Positions 58,291 to 64,000 of a stretch of 64,000 nucleotides of DNA are shown here, piece after piece. The translations under genes and the position numbers were made by a program. The first letter of the stretch is position 1, and the number at the start of each line of letters is the position of its first letter. This stretch comes from an uncultured Gemmataceae bacterium (GTDB lineage: Bacteria > Planctomycetota > Planctomycetia > Gemmatales > Gemmataceae). The stretch spans positions 1,248,001 to 1,312,000 of the forward strand of contig CAVVPN010000003.1 in NCBI GenBank assembly GCA_963750165.1, in the 5' to 3' direction. Under the pieces are notes generated by a model, which saw nothing but the letters and a program-made list of their open reading frames with translations, was not told the origin of the DNA and ran no database searches.

Positions 58291-59826
58291 ATGCGGCACC
58301 GACAATCTTCCTCCTTCCCCCCTGGTGGGGGAGGGCCGGGGTGGGGGGGAATACCCTGTTTAAGCCGGGTCGATCCCCCCCACCCCGGCCCTCCCCCACC
58401 AGGGGGGAGGGAGAAGCGCTGCGGAGCGCAGCTATTGCTGGGCCTGCTGCTGACGCTGGCGGTCGGCTGCCAGCCGGCCGCCCGCTACGCCATCGACAAG
58501 ACCAGCCCGCCGGAGAAGGACGGGGACCGCAAGCCGGATCAGGTGCCGGCCGAGTTTGGCTATCGGCCGGCCATCCCGCCGCAGGACGTGCCGCTGGAAT
58601 TCGTCGCTTCCACCAGCGACGAGTGGGCGTATCTCCCGGAATTCTGGAACCCGCAGCCCCGGCCGAGCGCCGGCGTCCGTGCCGTTGGTTTCGCGCTGAC
58701 GCCGCTGGGGGCCACGGCCGCGGTGCTGCTGACGCAGGAGCCGGAGGTCATCAAGATCAAGGTGCCGCTCGGCCTGCCCGACCCGACGCCACACCTCCCG
58801 CCGAGCAACCCGCCGACACTCGCCAAATGGCGGCTCGGCAAGAAGCTGTTTTACGCCGAGATTCTGCCGCAAACCCCGCACACCGCCAAATCCTGCGTGG
58901 CCTGCCACCTGCCCGCGGAGGGCTACACCGACCGGGCGGCCGTATTGCCGGACATGCGGGTGAACACGCTGAGCCTCATCAACGTCGTGTACAACCGTCG
59001 GCAGTTCTGGGACGGCCGCGTCGGGCCGCTGGAGCAGATGATTCAGCGCAGCCTGGACGACGAGGGCCGGGCTCCGGGCACCCGCTGGGAGTACCAGCAT
59101 GTCTGGGGCGGTGTGGTCAAGCGGTTGAACAGCAAGACGGAGTTCCGCGAGGAGTTCGAGCGCGTCTTCCGCACGGGCCCGAGCATTGACAACGTCGGCA
59201 AGGCGCTGGCGACCTACCTGCGCACCCTGCTGGTGGGCGGTTCGCTGTACGACTGGGCTGAGAAGACGCGGCGGGAGCGCAAGGCGGCGACGCTCACGGC
59301 GGAGCACTTCACCGAGCACCTGCCGCCCGACGTGCGGAAGAAACTCGGCCGCGAGAAGGAAGACGCCAAGGCAGTGGCGAAGGAGCTGGAGCAGGGCTAT
59401 CAACTGTTCGTGACGAAGGCGCGCTGCGTCCAGTGCCACTCGGGGCCGCTGTTCACCGACCAGGATTACCACAACATCGGCGTGGACCCGAACAACCACG
59501 ACGGCCGCAACACCACGGCCCCGCTGGGCCTGAAGGACCGTCGCTACATCGGCGCCTTCCGCACGCCGACGCTGCGCAACCTGCCGCGAACCAGGCCGTA
59601 CATGCACACTGGCGAACTGGAGACGCTGCGCGACGTGCTGAATCATTACAATAACGGCATCCCCAAACAGGTCGCGGACAAATACCTGGACCCGGTGCTT
59701 CAGGACGCCATCGGGGCCACCCGCACGCTCAATCTGTCCGTCGCCGAACTGGACGCCCTGGAATTGTTCCTGCGGGCGCTGGACGGCGGCGCGGTGCCGG
59801 CGGTGGTCGCGGACGAGAAGAAGTAG
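58291..59826 (+). CDS. Di-heme cytochrome c peroxidase/MauG family lipoprotein
   Basis: CVACH and CVQCH heme sites, QFWDGR, FRTPTLRN, PYMHTG; lipobox LAVGC. Confidence 0.9.
   Translation: MRHRQSSSFPPGGGGPGWGGIPCLSRVDPPHPGPPPPGGREKRCGAQLLLGLLLTLAVGCQPAARYAIDKTSPPEKDGDRKPDQVPAEFGYRPAIPPQDVPLEFVASTSDEWAYLPEFWNPQPRPSAGVRAVGFALTPLGATAAVLLTQEPEVIKIKVPLGLPDPTPHLPPSNPPTLAKWRLGKKLFYAEILPQTPHTAKSCVACHLPAEGYTDRAAVLPDMRVNTLSLINVVYNRRQFWDGRVGPLEQMIQRSLDDEGRAPGTRWEYQHVWGGVVKRLNSKTEFREEFERVFRTGPSIDNVGKALATYLRTLLVGGSLYDWAEKTRRERKAATLTAEHFTEHLPPDVRKKLGREKEDAKAVAKELEQGYQLFVTKARCVQCHSGPLFTDQDYHNIGVDPNNHDGRNTTAPLGLKDRRYIGAFRTPTLRNLPRTRPYMHTGELETLRDVLNHYNNGIPKQVADKYLDPVLQDAIGATRTLNLSVAELDALELFLRALDGGAVPAVVADEKK
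58311..58413. repeat. 40-bp-arm palindrome inside the peroxidase 5' coding region
   Basis: ctccttcccccctggtgggggagggccggggtggggggga...tcccccccaccccggccctcccccaccaggggggagggag. Confidence 0.85.
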
Positions 59827-59853
59827 CGAGTTTCTGACGCCTGGAGGCGACGG

Positions 59854-60750
59854 ATGGACAACAAGACGTTGTGGCGGGCGTACCTGATCGAGCTGGTCGG
59901 CACCTTCGCGCTGGTGTACTTCGGCGCCGGCATCGTCTGCGTCAACCACATGACGCTGCCGACGAAGTCGGCGCCGCCGATCCAGGGCACCTACGGCGAC
60001 TCGGCCGGCAAGGAACCGCTGACCCTGTACGGCCATCAGCCGGGCCTGGTCGGCATCGCGCTGGCGCAGGGCTTCATCCTGGCGGCGCTGCTGGCGGTGA
60101 CGCTGCCGCTCTCGGGCGGCTACCTCAACCCGGCCATCACGCTCATGCTCTGGGTCTTTAACCGCCTGGACAACCGGCGCACCTGGTGGTTCATCGGCGC
60201 CCAGGTGCTCGGCGGCGTCCTGGCGGGGCTGTGCCTGCGCTATACCTTCGACGTGAAACTGCTGCACGAAGTCCGCATGGGGGCGCCGCACCTCAACCCG
60301 CTGGTCTACACGGTGGGCGACCGTGGCAGCCTGATCGCGGGCACCGGCATTGAACTCGTCTTGACCTTTTTCCTTGTCTTCGCCATCTTCGGCGGCATGG
60401 CCGAGGCGTCGCGGGCGCGCTCGGCGGCGCTGGGGGCCGGGTTCACCCTGGTGGCCTGTGTGCTGTTCGCGTTCCCGCTGACCGGCGCCGCCACCAACCC
60501 CGCCCGCTGGTTTGGCCCCGTGCTGTGGGAAAATATGCTGCCCGACCGCACCGGCCCCAGCCCGTGGGCGGACCTGTTCGTCTACCTGGCCGGGCCGATC
60601 ATCGGCGCACTGCTGGCCGGCGCGTTTTACTTCAAGGTGATGCTGCCAGTGTTGAAGCCGGACGCCGACGACCTGAACGAACCGCTGCCGAAAGCCGACG
60701 GGGCCGCGGCCGCGAAGTCCGCCACCACCGCGGTGGTCAAGAAGAAATGA
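59854..60750 (+). CDS. MIP/aquaporin family channel
   Basis: ELVGTF, SGGYLNPA, ELVLTF, ATNPARWFGP, LAGPIIG. Confidence 0.93.
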   Translation: MDNKTLWRAYLIELVGTFALVYFGAGIVCVNHMTLPTKSAPPIQGTYGDSAGKEPLTLYGHQPGLVGIALAQGFILAALLAVTLPLSGGYLNPAITLMLWVFNRLDNRRTWWFIGAQVLGGVLAGLCLRYTFDVKLLHEVRMGAPHLNPLVYTVGDRGSLIAGTGIELVLTFFLVFAIFGGMAEASRARSAALGAGFTLVACVLFAFPLTGAATNPARWFGPVLWENMLPDRTGPSPWADLFVYLAGPIIGALLAGAFYFKVMLPVLKPDADDLNEPLPKADGAAAAKSATTAVVKKK

Positions 60751-60775
60751 CCCGTCCACTGACCAGGGATGGTCG

Positions 60776-61377
60776 ATGCAGCCGTTGACCCTCGACGACC
60801 TGCTGCCCCTCGCCGAGTACGGCCCGCGCCGCCGTGAGTTCTTCGAGTCGTTGTGCCGTTACCTCGACCGCTACCGCCGCGTCCGCCTCGGGCCGCGCGC
60901 CGCGCTGGTGTTCGAGAATCGGCAAACGCTCTGGTTCCGCGTTCAGGAGATCATCCGCATCGCCCGCCTCGCCGACCCCGTGCGGCTGCAACAGGAATTG
61001 AACCTCTACAACCGCCTGCTGCCCGGCCCCGGCCAGTTGCAGGCGTCGCTGCTCATCACCATCACCGACGAGAGCAAACTGACCGAGGAACTGGCCCCGT
61101 GGCAGGAACTGCACGGTGAACAGCTGGCGCTGTGCGTTGGCCCGGTGCGCATCGCGTCGGAGCTGGTGACGTGCCGGCCGGAGGACCACAGCATCGGCGC
61201 GGCACACTGGGTGCAGTTCACGCTGGACGCCGCCGCCCGGCGCAACTGGCGGACTTCCGCCAGTCCGCGGCGTTCGCGCTGGAGCTGCCGGCCTACCAGC
61301 ACCGCAGCGCGCCGCTGGGTGAAGAAGTGCGGCAGAGCTTGCTGGACGACCTGGCACTGTCCGACCGAGACGGGTGA
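60776..61377 (+). CDS. DUF3501 family protein; frameshift near 61240
   Basis: RRVRLGP...LVFENRQTLWFRVQEIIR...ELNLYNRLLP; C-terminus LPAYQHRSAPL..SLLDDL in a shifted frame. Confidence 0.8.
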
Positions 61378-63014
61378 TCGAAAAAGGATTTCAATTCCCC
61401 GCGCCGCCCCGCCGGCCGCACCAGATGCAGCGTGCCCTCCGGCACGCTCAGGTCCACCAGCTGCGGCTGCGTGGTCTGGGCCACGCCCTCATTGCCGGCG
61501 GTGTCGCGTGCCCGCAATCGCAGGAACACGTAGGCGGGAATCTGCGTCGGCAGCTTCCACTGATACGAGCCGCTGTTCGGCAGGTTCGGTGTGCCGATGA
61601 CGTGCCAGGGACCGTCCTGCTTCTCGGCATACTCCAGCGTGATGGGGGTGTCGGCAAGGTTCTTGTCCTCGGCGGTCCACTTGAGCAGCACCACGTTGCG
61701 CTGCCCCTCGACCGGCAGCGGCGCCCACAGATTGGCCACCGGCAGCGTCGTGTCCACCTCGATGAGCATCTCCGGCACGTCGCCCGACTTCGGGGCCGGC
61801 TTACCCAGACCGACGCTGTTGCGTACCACCATGTAGAGCCCGTAGACGCCGTCGCCCGGCAGCTCCAGCGTCCGCTGATACTTGTCGCCGCTGGTTGATT
61901 TCCGGGCCTCGTCGTCTACCGCGTAGGGCTGGCCGCCCCAGGTCTTGCCACCGTCGCGCGACAGCCACAGCTCCACCGTCTTGATACCGCTCGGCCCCAC
62001 CTTGGACAGTTCGTACTCCAGCAGGACTTCCCTGTCGTTGACGATTTGCAGCGCCGGCATCCTGCCGCTGGACGTTGGCCCTGCCGCGGCCGGGTTCTGG
62101 GGCACCTGGCCGTCCGAGCGCGCCACCACCTGGCCGACCGCCGAGCCGGCCATCCCCTGCGAACCCTGGCTCGCCGGGCCCTGCCACTGGTGCGGCGGCA
62201 CGTTCATCTTTTCCACGGTCGCCATCACCGGCTGCACGGGGGGCGGGGGCGGCGGCGTGACCTTGACGGGCTGCGGCGGGGGAGGTGGCACCTGGATTTT
62301 GCTGGTGTTCGGCACGACCGGCGGCACCGACGGCACGACTGGAGCAACGGCGTTGCCGCCTGACGACGTGTTGAAGGCAATCGGCATTACGCCGTTGACG
62401 CCCGCCACCGGCTTCTGGTCCACGGACTGGTTGCCCGCCAGGTCCTTGAACGTCAGCCGTACCGTCACCGGGCTGCCACTCGTCAGCCGCACGGTGGCGG
62501 AGCCGGCCGGGCCTGGGTTCGCCTGGATCGGCTGCCACAGGTCCGCTGGCTGGTCGTCGGCGTGGTACTCCAGTTTGAAGGCGTCCTTGTCGGGGTAGCT
62601 CTCCTGGATCTCCCATTTCACGACCAGGTCGCCGTTCACGCGCTCCGCCGACGCGATGCGCACCTGCGGCCAGACGGTGTCAATGACCATTTTCAACATG
62701 GGCGGTAGGTTGGTGATGTTCGCCGGCTCCTGTTTGCCCTCGCGGTTGAGGACGGCGCGCTGAAACCAGTAATAGCCGTCGGCCTCGGCGTTGAAGCGGA
62801 AGCCGTCCTGGTCCGGCCGGATGCGACCGGCCTCGTGCCAGCTTTTGCCCTGGTCGGTGGAGCGGTACAGAATGACCTGCTGGATCTCGGCCTGGCGGCC
62901 CGGCTCGATTTGCATGGGGATTTTGTGGCCGCGCTGATTGGTGAAGATGATGTCATCCGTCACCTGTCCGGAGACCAGCATCAGGCAGGTCATGGATATC
63001 GCTTGCAAGGACAT
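61293..63014 (-). CDS. Secreted multi-domain beta-sandwich hypothetical protein with Pro-rich linker
   Basis: GGGAGGAG RBS before ATG 63014; repeated STDQGKSW/SRDGGKTW and DLAGN/DTAGN motifs; true stop may be TGA at 61391 if there is an indel. Confidence 0.8.
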   Translation of the reverse strand: MSLQAISMTCLMLVSGQVTDDIIFTNQRGHKIPMQIEPGRQAEIQQVILYRSTDQGKSWHEAGRIRPDQDGFRFNAEADGYYWFQRAVLNREGKQEPANITNLPPMLKMVIDTVWPQVRIASAERVNGDLVVKWEIQESYPDKDAFKLEYHADDQPADLWQPIQANPGPAGSATVRLTSGSPVTVRLTFKDLAGNQSVDQKPVAGVNGVMPIAFNTSSGGNAVAPVVPSVPPVVPNTSKIQVPPPPPQPVKVTPPPPPPVQPVMATVEKMNVPPHQWQGPASQGSQGMAGSAVGQVVARSDGQVPQNPAAAGPTSSGRMPALQIVNDREVLLEYELSKVGPSGIKTVELWLSRDGGKTWGGQPYAVDDEARKSTSGDKYQRTLELPGDGVYGLYMVVRNSVGLGKPAPKSGDVPEMLIEVDTTLPVANLWAPLPVEGQRNVVLLKWTAEDKNLADTPITLEYAEKQDGPWHVIGTPNLPNSGSYQWKLPTQIPAYVFLRLRARDTAGNEGVAQTTQPQLVDLSVPEGTLHLVRPAGRRGELKSFFDHPSRSDSARSSSKLCRTSSPSGALRCW

Positions 63015-63272
63015 GACAGTCTCCTCCCTGACGACGGCACGGCCGCGCAGTAATCCCCTGGGGATCGCCTTTAACAAAAGTATCGGTTGCGCCGCCAGCG
63101 GACTTGAACAATTTTCAGTGGCGCGACGAAAAAGGTTCAAGTTTTCCCAGATGGTCGCGGGATGTGGTGGCCCGGCGACGGCCGCCCCGCTATCTTCCAC
63201 TACAGTTTACCGCGGGCGCCTCGGCCGACCGGCCGCCGCCACTCCCGCGGCCCCCCAGGCAAGGAGTCACCC

Positions 63273-64000
63273 ATGAAACTTCACCATTATGTACTGGCCC
63301 TGCTCGGCGGCCTGGCCGCCACCGCTGCCCGCGCGGACGACTGGGTCGTCTACGAAGGCAAGGACGGCCCCGGCAAGGGCAAGCACATCGTCCTGCTCAG
63401 CGGTGACGAGGAGTACCGCTCGGAAGAAGGGCTGCCGATGCTGGCCAAGATTCTCAGTCAGCGGCACGGTTTCAAATGCACCGTCCTGTTCGCCGTGGAC
63501 AAGAACGGGCTCATCAACCCCAACAACAAGGCCAGCCTGCCGGGCGCGCAGCGCTCTTCAGCGCCGACGCCATCATCATGGCGCTGCGCTTCCGCGACTA
63601 CCCGGATGAGACGATGAAGCACTTCGTGGACGCCTACGAGCGCGGCGTGCCGATCATCGCGCTGCGCACCAGCACGCACGCCTTCCAGCCGTCCAAGGGC
63701 AGCGCGTACAGGAGCTACGGCGACTTCGGCAAGCGCATGCTCGGCGAGCGCTGGGTGAACCACTGGGGCAAGCACAAGGTCGAGGCGACGCGCGGCGTGA
63801 TTGAACCGTCGGCCAAGGACGACCCGTTGCTGCGCGGCGTCAGGGACGTGTTCGGCAACACCGACGTGTACGAGGCGTACCCGCCGAAGGACGCGAAAAT
63901 TCTGCTGCGCGGCCTGGTGCTCAAGGGCATGAAGCCGGCCGACCCGGCGGCGGCGTACAAGAAGAAGCGCGCCTCCGACAAGCAGGAGCAGGACATCAAC
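63273..64000 (+). CDS. ThuA-like (class I glutamine amidotransferase fold) secreted protein, partial; frameshift near 63551
   Basis: KHIVLLSGDEEYRSEE, then in a shifted frame RFRDYPD, IALRTSTHAF, WVNHWG; runs off the window end. Confidence 0.8.

Overview
This is a high-GC bacterial chromosomal segment, most likely from a planctomycete. The Gemmataceae-like assignment is inferred from the gene repertoire (zinc-finger/Ser-Thr kinase with ECF sigma, DUF1080, ThuA-like and many secreted hypotheticals). It holds about 43 protein genes: housekeeping (dxr-rseP, hemC, hslVU, fadB-like, archease-rtcB), transporters (ABC ATPase, MFS, MFP plus two RND permeases, P-type ATPase, MIP channel) and two ECF sigma modules. 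No rRNA, tRNA, CRISPR array or transposase gene was seen. The most striking locus is an ECF sigma gene followed by a 1946-aa protein that fuses a zinc-binding anti-sigma domain to a complete alpha-2-macroglobulin (intact CFEQ thioester). That protein has a transmembrane hairpin and a compositionally foreign segment in the bait position, making it a candidate protease-sensing signalling system. Other highlights: an AT-rich recoded patch exactly on the RtcB intein insertion site; a 151-bp MITE in two copies that inserts at CTWAG inside other palindromic repeats (filled and empty sites both visible); a palindrome inserted in frame in a cytochrome c peroxidase signal peptide; and a ferredoxin-peroxidase-aquaporin-DUF3501 operon. 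At least 7 genes show small frameshifts that look like sequencing indels. All family assignments come from motif recognition by eye; no searches were run.
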